This document shows, piece after piece, positions 1 through 11,700 of a stretch of 64,000 nt of DNA. This stretch comes from Felis catus. Lineage: Eukaryota. Position 1 is the first letter of the stretch. Each line of letters begins with the position of its first letter. The stretch lies in assembly GCF_018350175.1 (NCBI RefSeq), contig NC_058368.1, forward strand, positions 106,332,001-106,396,000, in the 5' to 3' direction. The translations under genes were made by a program, and so were the position numbers. The notes under the pieces are model-generated. The model saw only the letters and a list, made by a program, of their open reading frames with translations, had not been told where the DNA came from and did no database searches.

Positions 1-1033
1 GTATTTTGGTTGGAAGAGAATTTGCAGATCTTGTAGTTCCTTTTTGTCATTGTTGGAAAAACAAAGGTTATAAGGTTGAAATATGTTTTAATGTAAAGGT
101 TAACCATAAGTAACAGAAATAAGAGGCCAAACTTTAGGATAAGGAAAACAAAAAAGAAAATATAATCAATTTTGCAAAAATAAAAAATTTTAAAAGAGAA
201 AAAAAGTTTTTAAATGATAAGTAGAATGAATTAAATAAGTGTATTCTCCCACTATCTGAGAATGGATAAATGTTGTTTGTTAAAAAAGTATTAAGTGAAT
301 GAATAAATTAGCATTTAATTTTTATACTGGTGATTGGTGTTCTTTACCTTTCCCATTAAAAAACTGCTTTGCCTTTATGTACATATTTTTAATTTATGGG
401 TGCTCTTTACTGCAATAAATCTGAACACTTTTCTACTAATTCCTCTTTAAAATCTTTGGAGATTAGATCATGATGGTGAATTTAGCATACACATCTCACT
501 CCCTTACCCACACCTTTCCTGTCAAATCCATTACAGTAAAAGACAGAATATTATGAAGACAATAATCCACTAAAAGATGGGGGGGGGCGGACAAGAGAGT
601 CCGTCTTCTGTAGATAAAACGTTGTCAGAAATTACTGGAAAATGGAAAATACCTGGGATCAGATTATCAAAGAAACAACAGCAGGATGGGGGAAACAAAG
701 CCTCACAATTAAGCAGTTGAAAACTGCTTCAAAGGCAAAAGAAACTCCAGCCACATTGAAAATACATATAAAGACCAAGATGGGCCCTCTGTGTAATTGT
801 GACAAATTGAGATAGTGAGTTTCCCTGCTTTTCTCTTGATTATAAAAAATTTCCATCAGCGCATAAAATAATTCATGACATAAAAGAAAGAAAATAAGAC
901 TGCATGACATTCAAAATGCCTTTCAAACAAAAGACACTAAGGATTTACGTTTTTAAAGAGTTGGGAAGTAAGACAAAACATCTAGAAACTTGGGGAAGGA
1001 AGTTGGCCACATGTATTGTTAAGAACAATTGTA

Positions 1034-1255
1034 GGGGCGCCTGGGTGGCGCAGTCGGTTAAGCATCCGACTTCAGCCAGGTCACAATCTAGCGGTCCGGG
1101 AGTTCGAGCCCCGCATCAGGCTCTGGGCTGATGGCTCGGAGCCTGGAGCCTGTTTCCGATTCCGTGTCTCCCTCTCTCTCTGCCCCTCCCCCGTTCATGC
1201 TCTGTCTCTCTCTGTCCCAAAAATAAATAAACGTTAAAAAAAAAAAGTTTTAAAA
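1034..1255 (+). mobile_element. young CAN-SINE (SINEC_Fc)
   Basis: GGGGCGCCTGGGTGG head, (CT)n, A-tail, TSD aagaacaattg(t/c)a; followed by (TA)n at 1269-1297. Confidence 0.95.
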
Positions 1256-1264
1256 AAGAACAAT

Positions 1265-1301
<37 letters not shown>

Positions 1302-2630
1302 ATATGAGAAATGGAACTCCTACCAAGATCCAACTTTGCTAGGATAGAAGCAGGGGGAAAGGAGGTTTCTGATTAAAATTAAAAAAAAAAAAAGTCCTTA
1401 AGAGAATATAGAAAAGAGACTTCCTCCTGGAGTGGAAAGCCTCTGATGTTAGAGACACAGAGATGAGGCTATTTCAGAAATAGAATGGTTCCCATGACTT
1501 CCATTTTAGCAGGAGATTAGTGAGAAGGACATTGGGCTTCTAGAGGGTTGGGGGCTGGAAATAAGGGGCATCTTAGTGACTAACAGCATGGATCTTTGGG
1601 AGCCAAATAAAACAATGGTTTTTTCAGAGACCACTGTATGGCACGTGACCCAATACACCCCCTCTTCTCCAAGTGTCCACGGCATACTTTTCAGGACATA
1701 GACCCAAAGGTGAGGGAAATGATAGGTGGAAGAGAAGCCAAAGTTACCTGAAATTAAGTGCTGCCATCTTGCTTTCCAAAATGTAAATTAGATTAATTCT
1801 GGTTCAAACTGATATTAAGTATCTTAACTTTTAATTCTTGATATGGAAGAGAATTGCAATAAAGGAACTCTCCAGATAAATACTCAGAGAATTGTCCATT
1901 AATTGTGCTTCTGAGGGTCTTCTAGTATGATTCATGAGGCACTTTCTTAGAATTGGCAGATATTTTGCCTCTTTCTACCTGTTTATGAATTAGGGCTGGA
2001 ATAGAAAGAGCAGCCAAGGGATTACTTTGGCTTCCATGTGCCTGATGGATGGGAAGAAGAGACCCATACCAGTAATGGGTGGGCCAATGACAGACTTATG
2101 CTGACATCGTGATGCCAGATTTGGGAATGGAATTAGGTAAGTCGTTGCTATTTATTTTATTTATTTACTGTTTTTTTTTTTTTTACTATGGCTCTTCTTT
2201 GTTCTATTTCTTGAATGTACTATCTTTTATAAGTGAACATCTGAGCCAAAAAATGCCATTTTCTACAGGCATATGTTTTGTAAATTGTCAATGACATAAA
2301 GGAAAATTAAAGCAAATTCTCCATATACTAAGAATTGCAGTATTGAGACCAGATATTATATTCTCATGAAAATGAGCTAAAAATATTGAAGATAATATGT
2401 GAAAGCTTATGCCAGAAAGGCAATACCATAATGAACAAATTTCTGTCAGACTGAATTTAACAAACAAAAAGGTAATTCTTTCTTAATGTTGCCAAGAAAA
2501 CGAAGAAGGCAAAAATATGACCTCATTGGTTCATATCAAAGAGAATGGTCAAATCTGCACAAACTATGGTAGTCAAATATTTTGGTGATTGATAAGCAAG
2601 CCAAACTATTATGTTTAAAAAGGAAATCTA

Positions 2631-3080
2631 GGGGCGCCTGGGTGGCTTGGTCGGTTATGCGTCTGACTTCAGCCCAGGTCATGATCTCGCGGTCCGTGAG
2701 TTCAAGCCCCGCGTCGGGCTCTGTGCTGACAGCTCAGAGCCTGGAGCCTGTTTCAGATTCTGTGTCTCCCTCTCTCTCTGCCCCCTCCCCTGTTCATGCT
2801 CTGTCTCTCTCTGTCTCAAAAATAAATAAACTTTTAAAAAAATTAAAAAAAAAAAAGGAAATCTAGGGGCTCCTGGGTGCTCAGTTAAGTGTCCGACTCT
2901 TGATTTCAGCTTGGGTCATGATCTCACAGTCAAATCCCCTGCATCAAGCTCTGTGCTGACAGTGCAGAGCCTGCTTGGATTCTCTCTCTCCCTCTCTGCC
3001 CCTCCCCTGCTCACACTGTCTCCAACTCTCAAAATAAACAAGCTTTTAAAAAAATGTAAAAAATAAAAATACATAAAAAT
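2631..3080 (+). mobile_element. two tandem CAN-SINEs (2631-~2851 and 2866-~3080)
   Basis: two SINE heads and tails separated and flanked by aaaaaggaa(a/g)tcta. Confidence 0.93.
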
Positions 3081-3369
3081 AAAAAGGAAGTCTATAAATA
3101 GCCAATTGTTTTTGATCTGCATCAAAATATCTGATTTTGCTATTTAATTACCTTCATACTCTATTTAAACCCAAGAAGAAAACATTATCTGAAGCTATCA
3201 CAATGCATCTGCTATGAAAACATGAAAAGCCATTTAGATCAAATGGGGCTTTGTAGTAAAAGGAATTAATTTTTTTCTGGGAAATGGGAGAAGTTTCATA
3301 TATAAAAAGAACAAAGCAATAATACAGTTTTCTCATATGGTTTTCTTAGCCTTTAGTCATTCACACTGG

Positions 3370-3510
3370 ACTAAAAAAAGACTGTGGGCAGTAACCCCCA
3401 GATAACCCCAGTCTTATCGTGAGAAAAAGCATCCGAAAAATGCCAAATGAGAACACTTTCCAAAATGCCTGACTAGCACTCCTCAAAACTGTTAAGGTCA
3501 GTAAAGACCC
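3370..3510 (+). mobile_element. old L1 (L1MC-like) 3' fragment
   Basis: resembles the L1MC 3' end (gactagcactcctcaaaactgttaaggtca). Confidence 0.55.
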
Positions 3511-3847
3511 AGAGACGTATAGGCTTGTGTCTAGGTTCGGAATGTAAAATATTGGGCAATTTTAAGAAAATTATTGTCTTTGTGTAAGAGAGATATCAGA
3601 TTAACAAGTTCTAAAAACTCTATGGAATAGCAAATGATGATCTTTCTTATTATTAATCTGTAGTGATTTTTATTTCTTAAAAATTTTCCCAAACAGTGGT
3701 GTATATCTACTGGCCCACACTGCAGATGTAGAAGTTTAATGCATACCAAAATATTCTTTTAATATGTGGCTCTTGGAAATGCATTGCCACCTTGACATTG
3801 CGCTGTCCAGTGTCCAGCATTATGACTTTCTATTAAACTCAGGAGTA

Positions 3848-4040
3848 GTGGGCACCTTGGTGACTCAGTTGGTTAAGCGTTCGACTCTTGGTTTTGCTCA
3901 CGGTTTGTGGGTTCAAGCCTCCGGCTGGTAGCACAGAACCTGCTTGGGATTCTCTGTCTCCTTCTCCCTCTGCCTCTCTCCTACTCAAGCTCTCTCTCCC
4001 TCAAACAAAATAAATAAATAAACATTAAAAAAATAAAAAA
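3848..4040 (+). mobile_element. CAN-SINE
   Basis: SINE body with perfect TSD taaactcaggagta. Confidence 0.9.
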
Positions 4041-5075
4041 TAAACTCAGGAGTAAAGTGTAATTATAGTCAGGTTTACTGTGTTCTCTTCTCTCATAGCC
4101 TCAGTGCTTACCTAGTTGGGTTACCTTTGGGAAGTCACTTCTCTAACCTTTATTTGCCTCACCTGTAAAATAGGAGTTATAAATCCATAACTCTAAGTAT
4201 AAATCTTACAAAAATGTTGTGAAGATGAAATGGACAACAAATGTGAAGGTTCTGGGTACACTCAGTAATAAAAAAAAAATGCTTGTTGCGTCTACCTACT
4301 GAATATACACAACTGTGTGTAATTTTCATTTTGCAAAAACAGATGGCTGTTTCGTATGTACAGGATTTAGATCATGCAATATCATTCTTACTGAATGAAT
4401 GAACACATTAATTTGGAAAAACCAGTATCTAAGTTTAGAGCCATATACTAATTCAAATAATAAATGGATTTAATGGCAATGGAAATAATAAAAATGCAGT
4501 CATTTTCCCATGGAAACAAGATTTTAGTAGAGGGTCACATTCCTGAAGAGGTGGATTCCCAAACTTTAATAATCCAGACATGACAACAATGATCATAAGT
4601 AACAAATAATATTCCCTCATATTGTTCATCACAAAGCTATCTAAGTGTCAATCAATCAGCAAGTTAAAACAGGAATGAATACCATACAGGATATTCATTC
4701 ACCTTTATTTAGCAGAACCAAGGAAGAGGTAGTGTGCTTGATTGAGAAGGCTTGTAGGAGGAGCATGGAAATGAAGGAGTTAGGCATACAAATTCAGAAA
4801 AGACTATGTGAAGCTCAATGCTGAGGGAATAGATCACCAAAGTATTACTGGCAAGATGCAGGGGTGGGAGTCTCTAATAGGAAAAAGAAGTCCATAAATG
4901 AAGGCCAGTATGTTTACTTTCCTTAACCTATCTGAAATAGTGATGATGATGGTGATGATGATGATTTTCTCCTATCAATTATAAGGTTTGTGTAATTGAC
5001 CTCAGTTTATGGGGTAGAACAAGTTGCTCTTGATTTTCCCTTGTTAAGTGGGCTTGTTAAGAATAGAAATTAGTT

Positions 5076-5300
5076 GGGGGCGCCTGGGTGGCGCAGTCGG
5101 TTAAGCGTCCGACTTCAGCCAGGTCACGATCTCGCGGTCTGTGAGTTCGAGCCCCGCGTCAGGCTCTGGGCTGATGGCTCAGAGCCTGGAGCCTGTTTCC
5201 GATTCTGTGTCTCCCTCTCTCTCTGCCCCTCCCCCGTTCATGCTCTGTCTCTCTCTGTCCCAAAAATAAAAAAATAAAAACGTTGGAAAAAAAAAAAAAA
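5076..5300 (+). mobile_element. young CAN-SINE
   Basis: intact CpGs and perfect 17-bp TSD aagaatagaaattagtt (5059-5075 / 5301-5317). Confidence 0.96.
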
Positions 5301-5492
5301 AAGAATAGAAATTAGTTTCACATTCTCATTAATGAAGCACCTTGGTAAGTTTCCTGGGGGTTTCCGTGAAAGTCCTTCCTTACTTTTAACAGAGAACAAT
5401 GGAAAGCCACACTCTCTAGCCAGAGGTGAATGAGGCAGCCAGTTGCCCTAACTGTTGAAGGCAGCTGTGTTACAATTAATGTGGCAATTGAC

Positions 5493-5721
5493 AGGATGCC
5501 TGGGTGGCTCACTTGGTTAAGTGTCGGACTTTGGCTACGTCATGACCTCATGGCTCCTGAGTTCTAGCCGGGCCTTGGGCTCTGTGCTAACAGCTCAGAG
5601 CCTGGGTGGACCCTGTTCCCAGGCTGGGTCTCCCTCTCTCTCTCTCTGCCCCTACCCGTGCTTGCACTCTCTCTTTCTCTCAAAAATAAAATTAAAAAAA
5701 CAAAACAAAACAAAACAAAAA
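5493..5721 (+). mobile_element. CAN-SINE
   Basis: diverged head, CT tract, (CAAAA)n tail. Confidence 0.88.
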
Positions 5722-6642
5722 CACATACAGAAGCGTAGAGTTGAGCACTGCAGAGAAATGGAGCAAAATCCCAAATTGGACCTCTCAAGTAATTTGTTCT
5801 TCATCTAGACCTTTAGTTATGGGAAGCAATGAAGTCCCTTTAGTTTGACTAGGGTTCCTATTACCTGTCATTGAAAGTATCCTGATGTGCTCAATATCTA
5901 CTAGGAAACACATCAGGGACTTCGAGGAAAGCTGCTAAATCAGGTTCAAAGGTAAGTCAAGCACAAAGTCTGACGTTATTAGCAGTAGTACTAAGCCATA
6001 ACCGGAAGGGGAAAAGGACAATGAACTTGGATGTGGCTGTTATCGTGAAGAAATAATTTGTAAGAATAAACATTGTCATGCATTACCTTCTGTAAATGAT
6101 TCTTTAAGAGACGGATTAAATAAGCCTTCAAATGCCAAAATAGATTGCATGAGTAAGGGTATCTCTGTATGGGTTGCTGCTCTCCTGGTATCAGTAGCTG
6201 ACAGCATACTTCCTGAGTGCCCAGGATAGGTTGGAGTCATTCTGTGTCCCTGGGGGACCTATGCTCAGGTTATCAATTTCATATCATTCCCCTTATGGAA
6301 TCATGGCATCTTATTCTCCATGGAACTAAGTGGATTATTTTCTTAGACAGGAGATTATAAGGCCCTTTGGGGCTGGTGCCTGGATTCTTTCCTTGTTATT
6401 GTATAGAATAAAATTTATATTGTGCGTTGAAAAATACAATTGTCTAGCAAAACACAAGCATTACTTCAGTAACAATGAAATATATATAAATTTAAGAAAA
6501 ACAGAAAGACAACTTCTCAAATATTTGGCAGTGTCTGAGGTTTAGGATTGAAAGTCTTCAACAAGAAGGGGAGAAGATGATGAGGACAAATTCTCCCCAT
6601 TTTTTTTTCATTGTTTTCAGAAATAAAAAAAAATTAAGATTA

Positions 6643-6960
6643 GTTTTTTATTTAAAAAAATTTTTTTTACATTTATTCATTTTTGAGAGACAGAGCACAA
6701 GTGGGGTAGGGGCAGAGAGAGAGGGAGACACAGAATCCGAAGCAGGCTCCAAGATCTGAGCTGTGGTACAGAGCCTGATGTGGGGCTTGAACCCACAAAC
6801 TGCAAGATTATGACCTCAGCCAAAGTCGGACGCTTAGCTGACTGAGCCACCTAGGAGCCCCAGATTTTTTTTTGTAATCTCTACACCCAACTCGGGTCTG
6901 AAACTATAACCCCAAGATCAAGAGTCACATGCTCCACTGACTGACCCAGCGAGGCACCCC
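6643..6960 (-). mobile_element. CAN-SINE (6643-6861) abutting a short SINEC_old-type element (6865-6960)
   Basis: reverse complement gives a SINE head; the second element is tRNA-like, ends ...gggtgtagagattac + A-tail and lacks the CT tract. Confidence 0.85.
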
Positions 6961-8549
6961 TCCTGAGGTAAAAATTTTGCAACCACCATGTGACCAGAAG
7001 AGAACTTGTAAAAATGGGAGTGAATTCCTTTCTGCCCAGCCCATTGTCATTCCTCATAGCATTTTAAAAATCTAAAATTTAACTTTTATCAGAAAAAATT
7101 ACAACAAATCAAACTACACAAACCTTGAAAAGCTGGTTTACTAACCAACACTTTTCTCCCTCTCACCTGAATAGGTAAGTTCGTATGCTAGCCTCAATCC
7201 TATGCCCTTTCAGGTGGAGCTATTTTGATTCACAACTCCTGTCATTTCAAGAATTCCACATAAATTAAGTGCTTCCCCTCCAAATAGTCACTCACACATT
7301 TGTCCTTCTTCTTGTGTTTTTAAGTTTGAGACTAAGACTCTGAATATGTATCCACCGCCTAGTTATCCCAGGAACCGGCTTTTCCTCACTTCCCCTTCTC
7401 TCCTCACCATCGTCCTACCCAGCTAGGGCAACAGGAAGCCATTACCTCAGATTTGGCCTGAACACAGAACAAAGAAGAACACAGCAGAACACAGAACAAA
7501 GAAGTCAATACATAACTTTTGAGTTTCACAAGGGTTAGCTGCAACGTCAGTCAGGGCTACTGTTTCCCGTCTCTGGAGATAATATTCCAGTTTACCAGAC
7601 TAGAAGTTGGGGAGGGGGGGGCAGTAGGGGATACCAAAGGGTTCAATATTGTTGTGATTCCCAGGGAATCACAACAGCTGATGTTTGAGGCCAAATACCA
7701 GGAAAGAACAGAACAGTAGAAACCCTAATTAGAGCAGTGGTTGGAGGGGGCTAGTCTGAACCTCAGTTCAAGTAAAGCCCTGGGAGGCAGCCAGACGTCA
7801 AGGACCCCGTTATCCAATATGGCGTGGTGTGGTAGGAACTGTCTGTGGCGTGTCTAAGCAAAAGCGGTCTGAGATAGTCTGAGAGAATTCTAATTGTGCC
7901 AGATGGTTCAGGAGCCCAGCCAAGTATTGTTCCAAAGCTTTTAGAGGGTCATTGTCATAATGAAAGAGTTGGACCAAAAAGCTTCATAGTTGGGGAGGAA
8001 GCTCAGCTGCCACTGATGTGCCTGCCTGTGGCCTGATCTGCAGACCAGATGGGGGAAGTGGGATGATGGACAGGTCAGCTCATGCCAGCGTCAAGTGATC
8101 AAAGCGACCAAGGCCTGGGTGCCCTTCCTGTGCACCTGAGTCTGCAGCCTGATAAACTCACCAGTCACCGCTCATGTTTTTCTATTTTTTTCCCATGTTT
8201 TCTTCATTGAAGAAGAGGAATTAATTACTTCTTGTCATACAACTCTTATGCATCTGCCTATGTATGCATCAACTCAGGATTTTAAAAATATGTGTCCATC
8301 CCAAATCCAATAATGAGTCTGTGGAAAAGGTTGAGACAATTTAGAATATCGTGTAAATAATTATTGGTTTAAAAGATTTTTATAATGCCATCTTTACTAC
8401 TCTTGCAGCTTAAAATCTCAACCTATTAAAAGTTTAGCTAAAAGTAATGATTGCAGGTAAATTCTGTAATTGGTTATACGGTAGTGTGTAATGAGAGATG
8501 TTCATGAGACATATGGGCAAAATGAAAAAAAAAGTTTTCAAATGTTGCA

Positions 8550-8752
8550 GAGGGTTTGTTTCACTTAGCAAAATGTCTTCAAGGTTCATCTGTGTTGTGG
8601 CATGTGTCAGAATTTTCTTCCTTTTAAAAATTTTTTAAAAGTCCACTACAGTTAAAAGTGTTAAGTTAGTTCCAGGTGTATGATATAGTGATTCACTAAT
8701 TCTGTACGTTACTCAGGGCTCATCAAGGTAGCTGTGCTCTTAATCCCCTTCA
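8550..8752 (-). mobile_element. L1 3' fragments
   Basis: tttcacttagc...aggttcatc..tgttgtggcatgtgtcagaattt and ggtgtatgatatagtgattc are antisense L1 3' motifs. Confidence 0.7.
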
Positions 8753-9081
8753 GCAGATGGTGATGTTAAACTGAGCATTTTGAAAAGCAGATGGTTTAAA
8801 ACCTTGCGTGATGCAACCAATAATAGAAAAAAAGTTTTAAATGCATTTTTGCTAATAAAACTGCATGGTCAGATACAATAATTCAGAAAAAAAAATTCAT
8901 TGTACCAAGACTTTATTGAGTTTAAAGCTTAGGCCTTTTCCTGTAATTGTGATTTTTTTTACTCAGGTTTTATGAATCTAAAATTTTTAAAAATGAGGAC
9001 CTAGTAACAGTACAAGTAGAGAGTATCCTCATTATCTAGCATAGTGTCTGGTGGATAGATGCTTTAAAAACAATCTTTTTA

Positions 9082-9303
9082 GGGGTGCCTGGGTGGCTCA
9101 GTCGGTTAAGCGTCTGACTTCAGCTCAGGTCATGATCACATGGTTTGTGAGTTTGAGCCCCACGTCCGGCTCTGTGTTGACAGCTCTGAGCCTGGAACCT
9201 GCTTCAGATTCTGTGTCTCCCTTGCTCTCTGCCCCTCCCCACTTGCAGTCTGTCTCTCAGTCTCTCTCTCTTAAAAATAAACATTAAAAAATTTTTAAAA
9301 AAT
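9082..9303 (+). mobile_element. CAN-SINE
   Basis: head, CT tract, tail, degenerate TSD ending atcttttt. Confidence 0.92.
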
Positions 9304-9852
9304 GAAAATATCTTTTTTGAATGAATGTTATCTCCTTTTCTAAATATTATACTACTAATAATTCAGCTTAAAATCATGTTATCTTAAAAATCATATTGAA
9401 CATGGAGTCAATTAAAAAAATAACATTTTATTTTTGACAATCTTTCTGTGAAATCATGTCTTTCTTCCTGCATTTCGTAGTGTTTTTCTATATTTGAGCG
9501 CAAGAATTTTCGATGGATTACATCATGTGCTTTTAAGATAAACTAGTTTGGTTTTTTTTCTATTTATTTTTTTCAGTTGCTCTGAAAATATAGGCCCTTT
9601 TGACCATGTGTCCACAATGTGCAAGTTTTAGATTTGAGAACTAAAAACGTTATTAATTTATGTGTATAAATATCTAAGTTTAGAAGTTTTTTACACTTCA
9701 CGGAGCAGCTCTCAGTGTCCTTCCTTACTACTAGTAAGTTTAAAATGTTTAACTGAAATCCGCAGTTATTAATTGTATTTGACTGATATTGTAAATAATG
9801 ATAATCAACCAAGAGCTAGTGTATGTTAGAGGGATGATAATAAAATGAATGC

Positions 9853-10343
9853 TTTAGTGGACAGAATAATGTCTCCCACACACATACCCCATGATCCTTG
9901 TTCTCATTCCCAGAACCTGGGAATGTGTTTCCTTACATACAAAAGGGCCTTTACAGAAATCGTTAAGTTAAAGATACTGACATGTGAAGAGTATCCTAGA
10001 TTTTTCAGGTGGGTCCAGTGTAATCACAGAAGCCTCACAAAGGGAAAGAGGAAAGCCAGAGAGACCTTGGAATGAAGGCCAGAGATACGAAGGTGAAAAA
10101 GAGATTTAAGAAAGCTAGGCCCTTGGCTTTGAAGACAGAGGCAGGTACCACCAGCCAATAAATGCAAGTAGGCCTCTTGTAGCTCACAAAGGCAAGAAAA
10201 CAAAAGCAAGAAAACAGATTCTCTGTTAGAGCCTCGCTGACACTCTGATTTTAGGACTTCGGACCTCCAGAGCTTTAAGGTAATAAGTTTGTTCTAAAGC
10301 TGCAAAGTTTGTGGTAATTTTTCACAACAGCTAAAATGAATAC
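9853..10343 (+). mobile_element. MaLR solo LTR (MLT1C/D-like)
   Basis: motifs ggacagaataatg, ggtgggtccagtgtaatcaca, ggacttc.gacctccagag, tttgtggtaattt...aataca. Confidence 0.82.
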
Positions 10344-10502
10344 AATTCTAGGACAAAAGAAGATTAAGTTAAAGACACAGACTCTGTCAGGTTAAGGCGG
10401 GGAACCTAGCCCTTCCTGATTCTGAAATCCTCCCAGAAGGGAGACTTTCAGATCCTAGGTTTGCTCATTTACTAGCAGGGGATCAACCTGAAGCGCTTAG
10501 AA

Positions 10503-10650
10503 CAAGAGGTTCTGAATTTGGAGAATACAGATCTCTCAGGAGGTCTTGAACTGTTCCCCCAACAAACCGTGTGTATTTACTTGGGGAAAATGTCCATAGC
10601 TTTCCTCAGTTTCTCCAAGTTCAGGACCTAAAAAACTTTAAGAAGCCCTA
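10503..10650. mobile_element. hAT-Charlie MITE fragment (MER103-like)
   Basis: gtccatagctttcctcagtttctc...aaaaaactttaagaagcc resembles the MER103 end. Confidence 0.45.
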
Positions 10651-10705
10651 CATTAGAACAACGGCTTACTGTTTGTCTCCTTTTATGAAGTAATCTGTAA
10701 AATGA

Positions 10706-11059
10706 GGGGCACCTGGGTGGCTCAGTTGGTTAAGGTTCATGAGTTCAAGCCCTGCGTTGGGCTCCAATAAAAAAAAAGTAATCTGTAAAATTGCTGTATT
10801 AAAAAAAAAAAGTGTAGAACCTACTTAAAAAAAAGTAATCTGAGGGGCACCTGGGTGGCTCAGTCGGTTGGGCAGCCGACTTCAGCTCAGGTCATGATCT
10901 CGCGGTCCGTGAGTTTGAGCCCCGCGTCGGGCTCTGGGCTGATGGCTCAGAGCCTGGAGCCTGTTTCGGATTCTGTGTCTCCCTCTCTCTCTGACCCTCC
11001 CCCATTCATGCTCTGTCTCTCTCTGTCTCAAAAATAAAATAAATGTTAAAAAAAAAAAA
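10706..11059 (+). mobile_element. mini CAN-SINE (10706-10775) and full CAN-SINE (10844-11059)
   Basis: two SINE heads, each flanked by aagtaatctg-containing TSDs. Confidence 0.9.
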
Positions 11060-11516
11060 GTAATCTGAAAAGAAATCTGTAAAATTTCCCATTATCACTA
11101 AGATTGCAATCATATCAAAATATGAAAGAAACTGATTAGTGACTGCAGATGGATGATTTCTGCCCTGATCAGGCGTCCATGTTGAGCACACTTAACAAAT
11201 GGGGGAATAGCTCATTTAAGCTAATCCCTCTGGCTCCCGTAGGCTTTGTGTCGGTAACCAGTGGACTTTTGGATTTCTCATCAGGCCTTTTACTTAGGTA
11301 GCCATTTAACTTTATATCTTCTCACTTAATTCTCACATGAGCCTCTGAGGGTCAGAGTCTCCTGAAGCATGTGACTAATCATGAGTGATGTGGGATTTCA
11401 TTGCAGGCCTGAATTTTCACCGCATCTGGGCAGCAGTGTGATGGGGCAAGAATGAGTCAGGGTTTCTCGAGTACCACACAAGGAAGAGAGTATTTTGAGT
11501 TGCTACCTGTAGTAAG

Positions 11517-11700
11517 GCAGGGGCTCTCAGGTGTGGGTTGGGACAGCATCAGCAGCATCATTAGAAATCCCTGAGTTTTACTCCACTCTCCAGCTCAGTG
11601 GCAGACTTACTGAAACAAACTCTGGGGGCAGGACCCAGCAACCTGTGTTTTAACGAGCCTCCTAAGCATCTTTAATGCCAACGTTAGAAAATCCTGCACT
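11517..11700. mobile_element. MER5A-like hAT MITE
   Basis: cagcagcatca...ttagaaat...tactgaa...gggcaggacccagcaacctgtgttttaac motifs. Confidence 0.7.

Noticed and set aside
430..1010. Possible ancient L1 5'/ORF1 remnant
   Set aside because: A-rich and L1-like but too decayed to assign by eye
6865..6960. tRNA-Lys-like sequence on the minus strand
   Set aside because: Diverged and ends in an A-tail; it is a tRNA-derived SINE, not a functional tRNA
7460..7504. gaacacagaacaaagaag repeated twice
   Set aside because: Short slippage duplication with no further structure
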